A program made the position numbers and the translations under genes. Below are positions 9,653 through 19,926 of a stretch of 32,000 nucleotides of DNA, piece by piece. Within the stretch, counting starts at the first letter, position 1; the number at the start of each line of letters is the position of its first letter. The DNA comes from an uncultured bacterium (GTDB taxonomy: Bacteria; GCA-001730085), in the NCBI GenBank assembly GCA_964565945.1, contig CAZMGY010000029.1, positions 1-32,000 of the forward strand. Reading direction: 5' to 3'. The notes beneath the pieces were generated by a model that searched no databases, had not been told where the DNA came from, and saw nothing but the letters and a program-made list of their open reading frames with translations.

Positions 9653-10948
9653 CTATCCTTCTTCGAGAATTTTATTCACAACTGACAAAAAGGAAATCAC
9701 AGCATCTTTCACCGTTTGCTTTCCATTAAAGGCTCGCTCTAACTTAGGAATAATGTATTGCTGTTGAATTTCAGCCCAACGGCTATGAAAAGGATTATAA
9801 GTCACATAAGAAACTGCTTCATTCAGCATACCTTTGTTCAAAGGCAACTTTTTATTAGTGGCCCAGGCATCGCTTTGAGCAATGCGACGATTCGCAGGCT
9901 GAGCTAAACCTGACGTTCCTAATAAAATCTGGCCTCGATCATTACAGAGAGCTTTGACCACTTCCCAAGCTTCTTTTTTATGACGTGAGGCTTTCAAAAT
10001 ACCGTAACCAGATCCACCAGTTCCAAAACCTCTCACACCAGGTTTGCTCTGAGGAAACATGACCACATCCCAACGAAAATTTTTCCCTTTACCTTGCATC
10101 GCAGCTGTTTTATTGCGTAAGCTAGGTGTTTCCCAAATACCCGAAGCAAACATGGCCAATTTGCCTGCCGCAAACATCGACTGAATACCCATACCTAAGT
10201 TTGTCACCGCCGTAGGAGCAGGCATCACTTTGTGCTTATGAATCAAATCAACATAAAACTGTAAACCTTCCAAAGCACTTTGCTTGCCAAGCATAAGGCG
10301 TTTGGGGTTTTTCACATCATCAACGATTTGACCTCCATTGCTAAAAATAAAGTTTTGCCAAGCCCAAGCATAAAAACCATATTGTTCAATTCGGCCATCA
10401 GGACCAACTTGGGTAAGCTTTTTCGCCATTTCCAACATATCGTCCCAAGTCCAATCATCGGTCGGATAAGGCAAGCCTGCTTCATCAAACAAATCTTTGT
10501 TGTAATAGACACACGCAAAAGGAGCCGTATCACGAGGAATCACATACAAGTTATCATTCACAGTGAAACGATCAACCCCTTCAGGAAAGAAGTCATCCAA
10601 GTTAAAGTCTGGATCACCTTGAGCATAGGTGTTCAAAGGTTCAAACACCCCTTTTTTCACATAGTTCACGAACATGTCTACTTCCGTACAAATAATATCG
10701 GGGGCAGCTCCACCAGCCACTTGGGTGAGCACTTTGCTCATGTAACCACCATAATTGGAGTGCTCAATCCGAACTTTAATATTGAGATGATCTTCTTGCC
10801 ATTCTTCGAGAATGTTTTCGACAATTTTGACTTCTTCAGGGGTTCCCCAGAGACCGACACGGATAGGTGTCACATTTTCATCATGTTTACGTGTTCCACA
10901 CCCCACCATCATTAACAACACACACACCAAAGATAATATTTTTTTCAT
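9653..10948 (-). CDS. ABC transporter substrate-binding lipoprotein (carbohydrate-type, solute-binding family 1)
   Basis: MKKILSLVCVLLMMVGCG carries a lipobox (MVGC). At 431 aa it has the Trp/Tyr-rich pattern typical of sugar SBPs (DDWTWDDMLEMAKKL, YGFYAWAWQNF). GGAGG lies 12 nt upstream of the ATG. Confidence 0.82.
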   Translation of the reverse strand: MKKILSLVCVLLMMVGCGTRKHDENVTPIRVGLWGTPEEVKIVENILEEWQEDHLNIKVRIEHSNYGGYMSKVLTQVAGGAAPDIICTEVDMFVNYVKKGVFEPLNTYAQGDPDFNLDDFFPEGVDRFTVNDNLYVIPRDTAPFACVYYNKDLFDEAGLPYPTDDWTWDDMLEMAKKLTQVGPDGRIEQYGFYAWAWQNFIFSNGGQIVDDVKNPKRLMLGKQSALEGLQFYVDLIHKHKVMPAPTAVTNLGMGIQSMFAAGKLAMFASGIWETPSLRNKTAAMQGKGKNFRWDVVMFPQSKPGVRGFGTGGSGYGILKASRHKKEAWEVVKALCNDRGQILLGTSGLAQPANRRIAQSDAWATNKKLPLNKGMLNEAVSYVTYNPFHSRWAEIQQQYIIPKLERAFNGKQTVKDAVISFLSVVNKILEEG

Positions 10949-11078
10949 TTTGATAAAGCCTCCAGAATAGATACTATATATACTAAAATTTAATTAGCAC
11001 ACAGCATTATGCAAAGAAGCCTGTCAAATGTAAAGATTTTCCTTTTCTTTTCGCTCAATTAAAGAAAAAAAACGTTCC

Positions 11079-11840
11079 CTAAAAGTCGAAAAGAGTCTGT
11101 GCATTATGGGTGGTCACCTCATCCACTTCCGCAAAGTCTATTCCCTTAAGCTCAGCAATTTTTTCAGCAACAAGACGTGTGTAAGCAGGCTCATTTCGCC
11201 CTCCACGAAAGGGATGCGGAGTTAAAAAAGGAGAATCGGTCTCTAAAACCATCCGATTTAACGGCACATAACGCGCCACTTCTTGCAAAGTTTTGGCATT
11301 TTTAAAAGTCACAATCCCAGTGAAAGAAATGTAAAACTCGTGATCCAACACAACACGTGCAAATTCTTTATCTCCTACAAAACAATGAAATACACCTGCA
11401 GGATCTCTTAAATTCACCGACTTCAAAAAAGCCTCCATTTCTTCTTCGGAGTCACGGTTGTGGATAATAAGGGGTTTATCTTTCACTTTCGCCATTTCAA
11501 CAAAAGAATGCATGCACTCATGCTGTTTTTTTTTAAGCGAATCATCGTGATACAGATCCATACCCACTTCACCCAAGGCCTTCACCTTGGGATGATCTAA
11601 AAGCCGATCCAGTGCTGCATAGGTTTCTTCGGTCACGTCAAAAACATCGGTGGGATGAATCCCCACGGCAGCATAAATGTAATCATACTTTTCAGCCATT
11701 GCAATCGCACTGGTGCAGGTTTCCAAAGTTGTTCCAGGAATTAAAATCTTTTCAACTCCTGCTTGAAAAGCTCTTTTTAACAAATGATCCCTATCTTGAT
11801 CATACATTTCAAAATTAATATGGCAATGAGTATCAATCAT
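11079..11840 (-). CDS. tatD: TatD-family metal-dependent hydrolase/DNase
   Basis: MIDTHCHINF (HxH motif), EVGMDLY and ETDSPFLTP are TatD signatures. It is 253 aa and has an ATGA overlap with the metG stop. Confidence 0.9.
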   Translation of the reverse strand: MIDTHCHINFEMYDQDRDHLLKRAFQAGVEKILIPGTTLETCTSAIAMAEKYDYIYAAVGIHPTDVFDVTEETYAALDRLLDHPKVKALGEVGMDLYHDDSLKKKQHECMHSFVEMAKVKDKPLIIHNRDSEEEMEAFLKSVNLRDPAGVFHCFVGDKEFARVVLDHEFYISFTGIVTFKNAKTLQEVARYVPLNRMVLETDSPFLTPHPFRGGRNEPAYTRLVAEKIAELKGIDFAEVDEVTTHNAQTLFDF

Positions 11841-13345
11841 GTTTCTATCCTTGGAAATAGGGCTTGAATTTTGTCCAACTGTTTTCCTTCTTCAAGACAA
11901 CCTTGTCGTCTTTCTTCCTCTGTTAACCCCAAATGTTGCTCGATCTTAGCCACTGCTTGTGGCACAAAGGGCTCCATCAAAGCACTCATACGCACAATGA
12001 CCTGAATCAAATACGACATCACATCCTCCAAGCGACTTTTCTGGGCTTCGTCTTTCGACAAAGCCCAAGGAGCTACTTCCTCCACATAGCGATTCATGCG
12101 ACGCATGTACTCCATAATCGATTCAAGTGCGATAGAAAACTTCACATCGTCCATCGCTTGTGCAACATCTTGCACTACCCGATCATAAAGCACGTCAATT
12201 TCTTGTTCCAGTTCTGTTTTTTGATTAACATAGGCTGGCAAACATCCATCGCAATATTTGCTCAACATACCCAAGCTTCGTGAAACAAAATTACCAAAAT
12301 CATTGCTAAGCTCGCTATTAATGCGTTGAATCAATTGCTCCTCCGAAAAAGTACCATCGGATCCAAAAGGAACTTCACGCAAAAGAAAATAGCGAAACGC
12401 ATCTAGACCATAGATATCCACCACATGGTACGGATCCAACACATTACCTTTCGATTTCGACATTTTTTCACCTTTGACCGTCCACCAACCGTGGACCACA
12501 ATTTTCTTAGGTAACTCAAGACCCAAAGCATGCAACATAATCGGCCAAAAAACGGCATGAGGTCTTAAAATATCTTTCCCGATCAAATGAACATCGCACG
12601 GCCAAAAAACATCCTTTTTATTCTCGCGACATAAAACACTCACATAGTTAATCAAGGCATCAAACCAAACATAAGTGACGTGATCTGGATCAAAAGGTAA
12701 CGCAATCCCCCAGGACAAGCGTTCTTTGGGTCGCGAAATACATAAATCCTCAAGAGGTTCTTTCAAAGAACCCAACACTTCATTCTGTCGTGTTTGAGGC
12801 ACAACTAAGTTGTTGTCTTGAATACACCCTATCAGCCATTTTTGATATTTGGACAAGCGAAAAAAGTAACTGGTTTCCTTCAACTTTTCAACAGCACGAC
12901 CACAATCGGGACAGTTACCTTCTTTTAGTTGACCTTCAGGAAAAAAACTCTCACAAGGCACACAATACCATCCTTCGTACTCTCCCCCATAAATGTCCCC
13001 TTGATCATAAAGTTTTTGCAAAAACTCTTGCACTTTAGCCCCATGTACTGGGTCGGTTGTCCGAATAAATGCACTGTAATCAATGCCTAAGGTTTCCCAA
13101 AGCTTCACGAAAGTTTGGGAAATATCATCGGTTAACTCTTGAGGAGTAATACCTTTTTCCTCGGCCGTCTTGGCAATTTTTTGACCATGCTCATCCGTTC
13201 CTGTGGCAAAAAAAACATCTCGACCTTGCTTGCGATAATAACGAGTCAAAACATCGGCCGCAATCGTTGTGTAAGCATGTCCAATATGGGGAACTCCATT
13301 AACATAATAGATGGGTGTCGTTACATAAAAGTTAGATTTTTGCAT
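11837..13345 (-). CDS. metG: Methionyl-tRNA synthetase (short form without the C-terminal tRNA-binding domain)
   Basis: The start is refined to ATG at 13345 (MQKSNFYVTTPIYYVNGVPHIGHAY). It has the HIGH motif, KMSKS (EKMSKSKGN) and zinc knuckles CVPCESFF...CPDCGR. Confidence 0.93.
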   Translation of the reverse strand: MQKSNFYVTTPIYYVNGVPHIGHAYTTIAADVLTRYYRKQGRDVFFATGTDEHGQKIAKTAEEKGITPQELTDDISQTFVKLWETLGIDYSAFIRTTDPVHGAKVQEFLQKLYDQGDIYGGEYEGWYCVPCESFFPEGQLKEGNCPDCGRAVEKLKETSYFFRLSKYQKWLIGCIQDNNLVVPQTRQNEVLGSLKEPLEDLCISRPKERLSWGIALPFDPDHVTYVWFDALINYVSVLCRENKKDVFWPCDVHLIGKDILRPHAVFWPIMLHALGLELPKKIVVHGWWTVKGEKMSKSKGNVLDPYHVVDIYGLDAFRYFLLREVPFGSDGTFSEEQLIQRINSELSNDFGNFVSRSLGMLSKYCDGCLPAYVNQKTELEQEIDVLYDRVVQDVAQAMDDVKFSIALESIMEYMRRMNRYVEEVAPWALSKDEAQKSRLEDVMSYLIQVIVRMSALMEPFVPQAVAKIEQHLGLTEEERRQGCLEEGKQLDKIQALFPRIET

Positions 13346-14186
13346 AGCATTCCTTTTGCACCTTTTTCTTCCTCTTAGGTGTTTCAATCACGCGTTTAAT
13401 ATCGGTCAAATCACAGACAGCTTCTTCGCCACTATCCCATAATTCGACCTTTAGTTTTTGCTTGAGTACCTGTGCCTCCACAACACTGGCTTTCCCTTGT
13501 TTTAACTCCAAAACAGTCCCTTTTGCATACATATTTTTTTGCAAATTTTTGTATTGATCATACTCATACGCCAAACAACACATCAGACGTCCACAAACCC
13601 CTGAGACCTTAGACGGAACCACTGCTAAATCCTGCTCTTTCGCCATCTGCATAGACACTTTATGAAAGATTCTCAAATGAGAGGAACAGCACAGTTTGCG
13701 TCCACATCCTCCTAATCCGCCAATCAACCGTGCATGATCACGCACACCTATCTGACGCAATTCAATCCTTAAGCAAAAAAAACGCGCTAATTCAACCACT
13801 AAACGACGAAAATCTACACGGCCTTCCGCGGTGAAATAACAAACGATCTTGGAACGATCAAACACATATTCCATATCAACTACTCTCATCTTAAGGCCAC
13901 TTTTTTTAATTTTCTGATAACTCAACTCTTTTTTTTCGGCAATTTTATCACGATTACGCTGAATATGCGCCTTATCTTCATCAGTGACCAAGCGAAGGAT
14001 TTTAGGATAAGGCGACAACCCGCAGGCAGATTCTTTGATCTGAGGACGATCAACCACCTCGGCATAATGTTGCCCACGATCCTCCCCAACAATGCACACA
14101 TCACCCAACGACACATTCAATAAGCCAGCATCGCAATCCACTAACTTGCCCGCCAAACCTAGTCGAACGGTCACTAGTTTAATCAT
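13332..14186 (-). CDS. PSP1 domain protein (YaaT/RicT family)
   Basis: 284 aa with Cys-rich motifs CGRKLCCSS and CGRLMCCLAYEYD, typical of PSP1 C-terminal domain proteins. Its position after holB matches the Bacillus yaaT arrangement. Confidence 0.82.
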   Translation of the reverse strand: MIKLVTVRLGLAGKLVDCDAGLLNVSLGDVCIVGEDRGQHYAEVVDRPQIKESACGLSPYPKILRLVTDEDKAHIQRNRDKIAEKKELSYQKIKKSGLKMRVVDMEYVFDRSKIVCYFTAEGRVDFRRLVVELARFFCLRIELRQIGVRDHARLIGGLGGCGRKLCCSSHLRIFHKVSMQMAKEQDLAVVPSKVSGVCGRLMCCLAYEYDQYKNLQKNMYAKGTVLELKQGKASVVEAQVLKQKLKVELWDSGEEAVCDLTDIKRVIETPKRKKKVQKECYAKI

Positions 14187-15112
14187 GCCGCCACCTCTGT
14201 TAAAGGACTCAATAAATGACTTAAGCTCAATTTAAGGTTCATGTTGTAATGAATATGACTACGCAGTTCCACCAAGCGCTCCCACAAAGCTTCCCGCACA
14301 TGCTCATCCATATAATGCGCCATATGCCCAGACGCTTGCTGAGCCTCGGGCCACATCAACTTGGGAGTCGAATCCTGACAAACTTGCAAAACTGCACTAT
14401 CACGCAAAACTAAACTGACAAGACCGAGGATATATTCCAAATACTCCTTATTACCTCTACTTTGATTTTTCGCTTTGTGCACATAATCGTTGATCCGGTC
14501 GGTCACCACAGACAAAGCCTCCCGTTGCGGCTCACCCAAAATTTGTAGTAAAGCTTCGCGAATCTCTTCACTCGCCTCCAAATCTTTGTAAACAAACCGT
14601 TCAACCGAAACCGTATTCAAAAGCACGCGACGGCAACGAGAAACCAGCGTCTCCAAAACTTCGTAAACATTGGTGGTCGAAAGAATCCAAAGAGTTCCGC
14701 GCGGAGGCTCCTCCAATATTTTAAGAAACGCATTGGCAGCTTCTTTATCAAAGCATTGCACATCTTGGACAAAACAAAGGCGTTGATCACTCACCATAGG
14801 TTTTGTTTGGATCAAGTCTTGCAAATCCGCAATATCTTCGATCTTAATAAACTTAGCTTTCCCCGAAGGTTGAACGCGGCGCAAATCGACAAAACAGTCG
14901 TTCTCAATTTGAGTACAGACCACACACTCTCCGCACCCTTCTCCAGGTTGTTCGGGACATTGCAATGATTGAGCCAACGAACGCACACACAACCAAACAT
15001 CTTCGCCATCGCCAAGAATTAAATAGGCATGCGCGAGTCTTTGCATCTCGATATCATTGGCCAAAACTTTGAGTGTCGGATAATCCTTAACCCAAGTAAC
15101 AAAAGACTTCAT
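14183..15112 (-). CDS. holB: DNA polymerase III delta-prime subunit
   Basis: The likely start is ATG 15112 (MKSFVTWVKDY...), followed by RLAHAYLILG, the zinc module GCGECVVCTQIEN, and KILEEPP...LWILST (sensor/box motifs of clamp-loader AAA+ proteins). The start is uncertain because the ORF is open to 15166. Confidence 0.8.
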   Translation of the reverse strand: MKSFVTWVKDYPTLKVLANDIEMQRLAHAYLILGDGEDVWLCVRSLAQSLQCPEQPGEGCGECVVCTQIENDCFVDLRRVQPSGKAKFIKIEDIADLQDLIQTKPMVSDQRLCFVQDVQCFDKEAANAFLKILEEPPRGTLWILSTTNVYEVLETLVSRCRRVLLNTVSVERFVYKDLEASEEIREALLQILGEPQREALSVVTDRINDYVHKAKNQSRGNKEYLEYILGLVSLVLRDSAVLQVCQDSTPKLMWPEAQQASGHMAHYMDEHVREALWERLVELRSHIHYNMNLKLSLSHLLSPLTEVAA

Positions 15113-15725
15113 GAACACATTCCTTGACTTGAGCAAAAATCGATTGAGGATCAGCATCAGCCACAATCAAACGCATGCGGTCCGGGTTGTTGTTCACAAG
15201 ATCAATATAACCTTGTCGTACTTGATCCAAGTAACTCTCTCCCTTATTCTCAAAACGATCGCGTTCGTTGCGACGACGTTGTTCGCTTTTCTCCACAGTA
15301 ATATCCAAAACAAAGGTCCGATCAGGCTCTAAGGTGCACCCGCCAACCTTCATAAGATCCTCAATAAGGCTTAACTTCAGCTTCCCAGCATAGCCTTGGT
15401 AAGCACGCGTTGCATCGGAAAAACGATCGCTAATCACAATAGCCCCACGCTGCAAAGCAGGTAAAATAACTTCATAAACATGCTGCACGCGGGCCGCAAC
15501 CACTAGTAATAATTCGGTGTAAACGTGCATTTGATGATATGTTTTATCGAGCAAAAGCGCACGAATCTGTTCACCCAAAGGGGTTCCTCCAGGCTCTCGC
15601 GTGGAAACAACATCGTAACCTTGCTCTTCTAAATAGGCGACGAGCAATTGAATTTGGGTGCTTTTTCCAGCGCCATCAATACCTTCGAAGGATAAAAACG
15701 TACCTGAATAATCCGAATAAGCCAC
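15087..15725 (-). CDS. tmk: Thymidylate kinase
   Basis: It starts at GTG with GAGGAGG 7 nt upstream. It has the P-loop FLSFEGIDGAGKSTQ and a DRF/Y lid region. Length is 212 aa. Confidence 0.92.
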   Translation of the reverse strand: MAYSDYSGTFLSFEGIDGAGKSTQIQLLVAYLEEQGYDVVSTREPGGTPLGEQIRALLLDKTYHQMHVYTELLLVVAARVQHVYEVILPALQRGAIVISDRFSDATRAYQGYAGKLKLSLIEDLMKVGGCTLEPDRTFVLDITVEKSEQRRRNERDRFENKGESYLDQVRQGYIDLVNNNPDRMRLIVADADPQSIFAQVKECVHEVFCYLG

Positions 15726-16071
15726 GCACGAACCTCCTCATTTAACCTCAATTTCCAAACAAATCATCCTATCATGGATGCCGTGTTTTCTACAAGAGAT
15801 ACCATTTTTCAAGCAAGCTCTCTTTTTTGATTACAAAACTCACGGCACCGTCAAGCTTGATCAAATTATGGAGGCGGGCCTTACACCCTTCCAGCAGGAT
15901 ACCCCCTAGCACTAATGTCTCTCATCTGCGTCCGTCGCATACGCTTGATAGGTAAGCTCTTGCATAAGGTGCACCCAACAAAAATCACTTCACAACCAAT
16001 CAGCAAAAAGCAAACGACTCACAGCCCCAAAACCATCCCCACAACAAAGAGTAACGCTTCGTGGATATCTA

Positions 16072-16080
16072 TGTTAGAAT
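16072..16080 (+). promoter_or_regulatory. Candidate extended -10 promoter element for lepA
   Basis: TGtTAGAAT at 16072-16080, 25 nt upstream of the lepA ATG. No good -35 element is present (TAACGC). Confidence 0.3.
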
Positions 16081-16104
16081 AATGGCTTTAACATAGGATA
16101 AATC

Positions 16105-17901
16105 ATGGAACAGTCACATATTCGTAATTTTTGCATTATTGCCCATATCGATCACGGCAAATCGACCATTGCTGATCGCTTGATGGAGGCTACCCAATTG
16201 GTGTCCAAACGAGAGATGCAAGACCAACTTTTGGACGATATGGACCTTGAACGCGAAAAGGGCATCACCATCAAAGCCCGTGCCGTTCGCCTTTTGTATC
16301 AGCATACCGATGGAGAAACCTATCAGCTCAACATGATCGATACACCGGGTCATGTCGATTTTTCCTATGAAGTATCGCGCAGTCTATCCTCTTGCGACGG
16401 AGCGTTGCTAGTTGTGGATGCCGCTCAAGGGGTTGAAGCCCAAACCGTGGCCAATGTTTACTTAGCCACCCAACAAAACTTAAAGTTAATTCCAGTAATC
16501 AACAAAATTGATTTGCCCAGCGCTAATCCCGAAGGGGTTAAAAAAGAACTGGAAAATGTCTTGGCCATTCCAGCCGATGATGCCGTTCTCAGCAGTGCTA
16601 AGTCGGGTATCGGTATCAACGAGATTCTTAAACATATCGTCGAAAACATTTCTCCTCCCAAAGGAAATCGTCAACTGCCTCTGCAAGCGCTCATTTTTGA
16701 CTCGGTCTACGACACCTACCGTGGGGTGATTATTTTTATACGTGTGATTGAGGGCGTGCTTAAAAAAGGTTCCAAAATTCTAATGATGGGTAAACAACGT
16801 GAATACGAAGTACTTGAGCTCGGCGTTTTCACACCTCAATATTACCCTCAAGACCAACTGGCCTGTGGCGAAGTGGGCTATGTGATTGCAAACATCAAAG
16901 AAGTGGGCGATGTACGCGTGGGCGATACCCTTACCCATGCAAAACATCCCGCTCAAGAAGCACTCCCAGGTTATGTTGAAGCCAAACCAATGGTCTACTC
17001 TGGGCTTTATCCTGTGGCCTCGTCGGATTACACTCTACTTCGCGAAGCCTTGGATAAACTCAAACTCAACGACGCTTCGATTTTTTACGAGCCCGAAACG
17101 TCGGCAGCAATTGGTTTTGGATTTCGTTGTGGCTTTCTCGGTCTGTTGCACATGGAAATCATTCAAGAACGCATCGAACGCGAGTTTGGTCTTAACGTAA
17201 TCACCACCACGCCGAATGTGCGTTACCGTGCCTACCTTAACTCCAGCGAAGAGGTAGTTGTCAATAGCCCAGCTGAAATGCCCGATGCGAGAGAACTTGA
17301 CTATATTGCCGAGCCTTATGTGAAAGCGCTCATCATTGTTCCTTCCGAATTTGTCGGAGGCATTATGCAGTTGGTCAAAGATCGTCGTGGCATCTATGTT
17401 AGCACCGAATATCTTGACGAAACGCGGGTAATTCTTAAATACGAACTTCCCTTAGCCGAAGTGGTCAGTGATTTTTATGACAAACTGAAATCAATTAGTC
17501 GTGGTTATGCCTCATTTGACTATGAGTTTAGTGACTACCGTCGTGGCAACTTGGCCAAATTACATATTTTGGTCAATGGTGAAAACGTTGATCCTTTATC
17601 GATCATTGTCAGTCGTGAAAAAGCCGACGACAAAGGTCGAAAACTGATCGAAAAACTCAAAGAACTGATTCCTCGCCAACTTTTTGAAATTGTCCTCCAA
17701 GCGACTATTGGTGGTAAAATTATTGCACGAACCCAAATTCGCGCCATTCGCAAAAATGTAACCGCCAAATGTTATGGTGGAGATATCACGCGGAAACGCA
17801 AACTTTTGGAAAAACAAAAAGAAGGTAAAAAACGGATGAAACAAGTGGCCAACATCGAAATACCTCAGGAAGCCTTCTTAGCTATTTTAAAGGTCGATTA
17901 A
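16105..17901 (+). CDS. lepA: Translation elongation factor 4 (LepA)
   Basis: [29 protein letters not shown] and NKIDL G-motifs are present. It is 598 aa with the characteristic LepA C-terminal domain ([24 protein letters not shown]). Confidence 0.95.
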   Translation: MEQSHIRNFCIIAHIDHGKSTIADRLMEATQLVSKREMQDQLLDDMDLEREKGITIKARAVRLLYQHTDGETYQLNMIDTPGHVDFSYEVSRSLSSCDGALLVVDAAQGVEAQTVANVYLATQQNLKLIPVINKIDLPSANPEGVKKELENVLAIPADDAVLSSAKSGIGINEILKHIVENISPPKGNRQLPLQALIFDSVYDTYRGVIIFIRVIEGVLKKGSKILMMGKQREYEVLELGVFTPQYYPQDQLACGEVGYVIANIKEVGDVRVGDTLTHAKHPAQEALPGYVEAKPMVYSGLYPVASSDYTLLREALDKLKLNDASIFYEPETSAAIGFGFRCGFLGLLHMEIIQERIEREFGLNVITTTPNVRYRAYLNSSEEVVVNSPAEMPDARELDYIAEPYVKALIIVPSEFVGGIMQLVKDRRGIYVSTEYLDETRVILKYELPLAEVVSDFYDKLKSISRGYASFDYEFSDYRRGNLAKLHILVNGENVDPLSIIVSREKADDKGRKLIEKLKELIPRQLFEIVLQATIGGKIIARTQIRAIRKNVTAKCYGGDITRKRKLLEKQKEGKKRMKQVANIEIPQEAFLAILKVD

Positions 17902-17916
17902 AAAGGAGCCTTATTT

Positions 17917-18588
17917 ATGTCCTCTACATTTTGTTTTATTATTGGTGTTGTGCTGATCGCATCTTTGGTGGTTTTATTTTTCTCGAAACAATCCAAGCAT
18001 GTGGAAACCGCCGAGTCGATTTTGGTTGCTTTCATCTGCGCAATGGTAATCAAAACCTTTGTGATCCAAGCGTTTAAAATCCCTTCGCAATCGATGGTCT
18101 CAACGCTTAACATTGGCAATCGACTGTTAGCCACCAAATTCAACTTTCACTTTCGTGAACCTAAACGCGGTGAAGTCGTGATTTTTCGCTCACCTTCGGA
18201 TCCTAAAAAAGAATTTGTGAAACGCCTGATCGGATTGCCTGGAGACAGCATCACAATCAAAGATGGCGCCGTTTTTGTCAATGGACAAAAGTTTGACAAC
18301 CCCTCTTTCGATGTTCATTATTACAATATGATTTCCCACATGATTCCTTTTCTGAAAAATAGCCACATCTACTACGACACATCTCATGGTGCTTACCAGC
18401 GTTATTTTCAAGGACTCGGCCTCAACAATCAAACATTCACAGTTCCCGACGACAGTTATTTTGTTTTAGGAGATAACAGTGGACAGAGTAGTGACAGCCG
18501 TTACTGGGGGTACATCCCTAAGCACATGCTGCACGGAAAAGTTTTTTTGGTTTATTGGCCCTTAACTCAATTTCACATTGTTAAATAA
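17917..18588 (+). CDS. lepB: Signal peptidase I
   Basis: It has an N-terminal TM helix, the catalytic Ser box IPSQSMVSTL, the Lys box VKRLIGLPGD, and the GDNSGQSSDSRYWG box E. AAGGAG is the RBS. Confidence 0.88.
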   Translation: MSSTFCFIIGVVLIASLVVLFFSKQSKHVETAESILVAFICAMVIKTFVIQAFKIPSQSMVSTLNIGNRLLATKFNFHFREPKRGEVVIFRSPSDPKKEFVKRLIGLPGDSITIKDGAVFVNGQKFDNPSFDVHYYNMISHMIPFLKNSHIYYDTSHGAYQRYFQGLGLNNQTFTVPDDSYFVLGDNSGQSSDSRYWGYIPKHMLHGKVFLVYWPLTQFHIVK

Positions 18589-18603
18589 TATTTAGGAAAA
18601 TCG

Positions 18604-19926
18604 ATGTCCCGTAAATCTAAAGCCCCCCTTATCGCTATTGTCGGACGTCCCAATGTGGGCAAATCGTCGTTGTTCAACCGTCTTTTGGGTCAACAACTTT
18701 CGATTGTCGATAATGTGAGTGGCATCACGCGCGACCGCATTTATGCCTTTATCGAAAATTACGAACGCGCCTTTGGTCTCATCGATACGGGAGGTCTTTC
18801 GTTCAACGACCAAGATCATTTTCAAAGCGACATTGTCACCCAAGTCCATGCTGGCCTCGAAGAATGCCAAGGCGTTATCTTTGTGGTCGATGGCCAAACT
18901 GGGCTTCACCCAATAGATCACGAAGTGGCTCAAATACTACGCGAATACGACAAACCTTGCGCTGTGGCGGTTAATAAAGTTGATTCTCCAAATGGCGAGG
19001 AGGCTATGTCAGATTTTTTTGAACTGGGCTTCGAACAGGTCTTCGCCACTTCGGCCAAACAAAACTTAGGCCTTACTTCTCTGGTCAATACACTCTTAAC
19101 TGCTTGTCCCAAAGGCAAACTCGAAAATGAACCCGAAGCGAATAAAATTGCCATTTTAGGTCGTCCCAACGTGGGTAAATCATCGTTGATCAATAAAATC
19201 AGTAACGAAGAACGTTTGATTGTCTCCGAACAAGCGAGTACAACACGCGACTCCGTTGATATTCACATCAAACGCGAAGGTCAACACTACGTGTTCATAG
19301 ATACCGCGGGACTTCGCTACCGTCGCAAGGTCAACAACAGCATCGAGTTTTATAGCGTTAAACGCACTGAACAAAGTCTTAAACGTTGCAATGTGGCACT
19401 CATTATGATCAATGCTGCAGAAGGGCTGACCACACAAGATCTAAAAATTGTTAAAATGATTGACCAGGCTGGCAAAGCTGCTGCCATTCTAATCAATAAG
19501 TGGGATCTCTTTTCGGGCGTCCACCAAAAAGAATTCGTCAGAGATCAACTGCATCGTATCAAACCCTACACCTACTTACCTTACTTATTCACATCGGCTC
19601 TTGAAGGCCAAAATGTATCTAAAATTTTAGACCTCGTCCACCTGATCGACGAAGAACAAAAACAGCGTACCTCAACTGGTATTCTCAATCGCTTTTTGCA
19701 AAAAATTGTTCGCCAAACACCTCCGCCACGCCGACGAGGCAAATTGCTTAAGTTTTACTACATAGCTCAAGTGGATCGCACACCACCAACTTTTCAAATT
19801 TCAATCAATAGCAAAGACTTGATTGACCTGGCCTACAAGCGTTTTATTGAAAATCAAATCCGCGAACAATTTGGTTTCACTGGAGCTCCGATACGCCTAC
19901 GCTTTCAAGACAAAAAGTCCAACTAA
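18604..19926 (+). CDS. der: Ribosome-associated GTPase Der/EngA
   Basis: It has two tandem G domains (GRPNVGKSSLFNRL...DTGG...NKVD and GRPNVGKSSLINKI...DTAG...NKWD) plus a KH-like C-terminus. Confidence 0.93.
   Translation: MSRKSKAPLIAIVGRPNVGKSSLFNRLLGQQLSIVDNVSGITRDRIYAFIENYERAFGLIDTGGLSFNDQDHFQSDIVTQVHAGLEECQGVIFVVDGQTGLHPIDHEVAQILREYDKPCAVAVNKVDSPNGEEAMSDFFELGFEQVFATSAKQNLGLTSLVNTLLTACPKGKLENEPEANKIAILGRPNVGKSSLINKISNEERLIVSEQASTTRDSVDIHIKREGQHYVFIDTAGLRYRRKVNNSIEFYSVKRTEQSLKRCNVALIMINAAEGLTTQDLKIVKMIDQAGKAAAILINKWDLFSGVHQKEFVRDQLHRIKPYTYLPYLFTSALEGQNVSKILDLVHLIDEEQKQRTSTGILNRFLQKIVRQTPPPRRRGKLLKFYYIAQVDRTPPTFQISINSKDLIDLAYKRFIENQIREQFGFTGAPIRLRFQDKKSN

Noticed and set aside
10280-10915. 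A 211-aa plus-strand ORF. Similar long antisense ORFs occur at 8692-9075, 11933-12283, 18592-18933, 22837-23367, 1552-1872 and 24611-24916.
   Set aside because: Each is nested antisense to, or out of frame with, a gene that has unambiguous family motifs (SBP, metG, der, gpsA, porin/glgA, nadE). Their translations are low-complexity (rich in H, R, F, I and K) with no recognisable motif or RBS. They are typical shadow ORFs.
13346-13387. N-terminal extension of metG (MKHLRGRKRCKRNA) and similar extensions of the porin (1772-1786), SDR (4263-4313), holB (15113-15166), secretin (26473-26496) and ATPase (28656-28700).
   Set aside because: Internal ATG codons with better Shine-Dalgarno spacing give N-termini that match family consensus or signal peptides and remove long overlaps. 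The checked upstream starts of the porin and secretin are TTG shown as M in the track.
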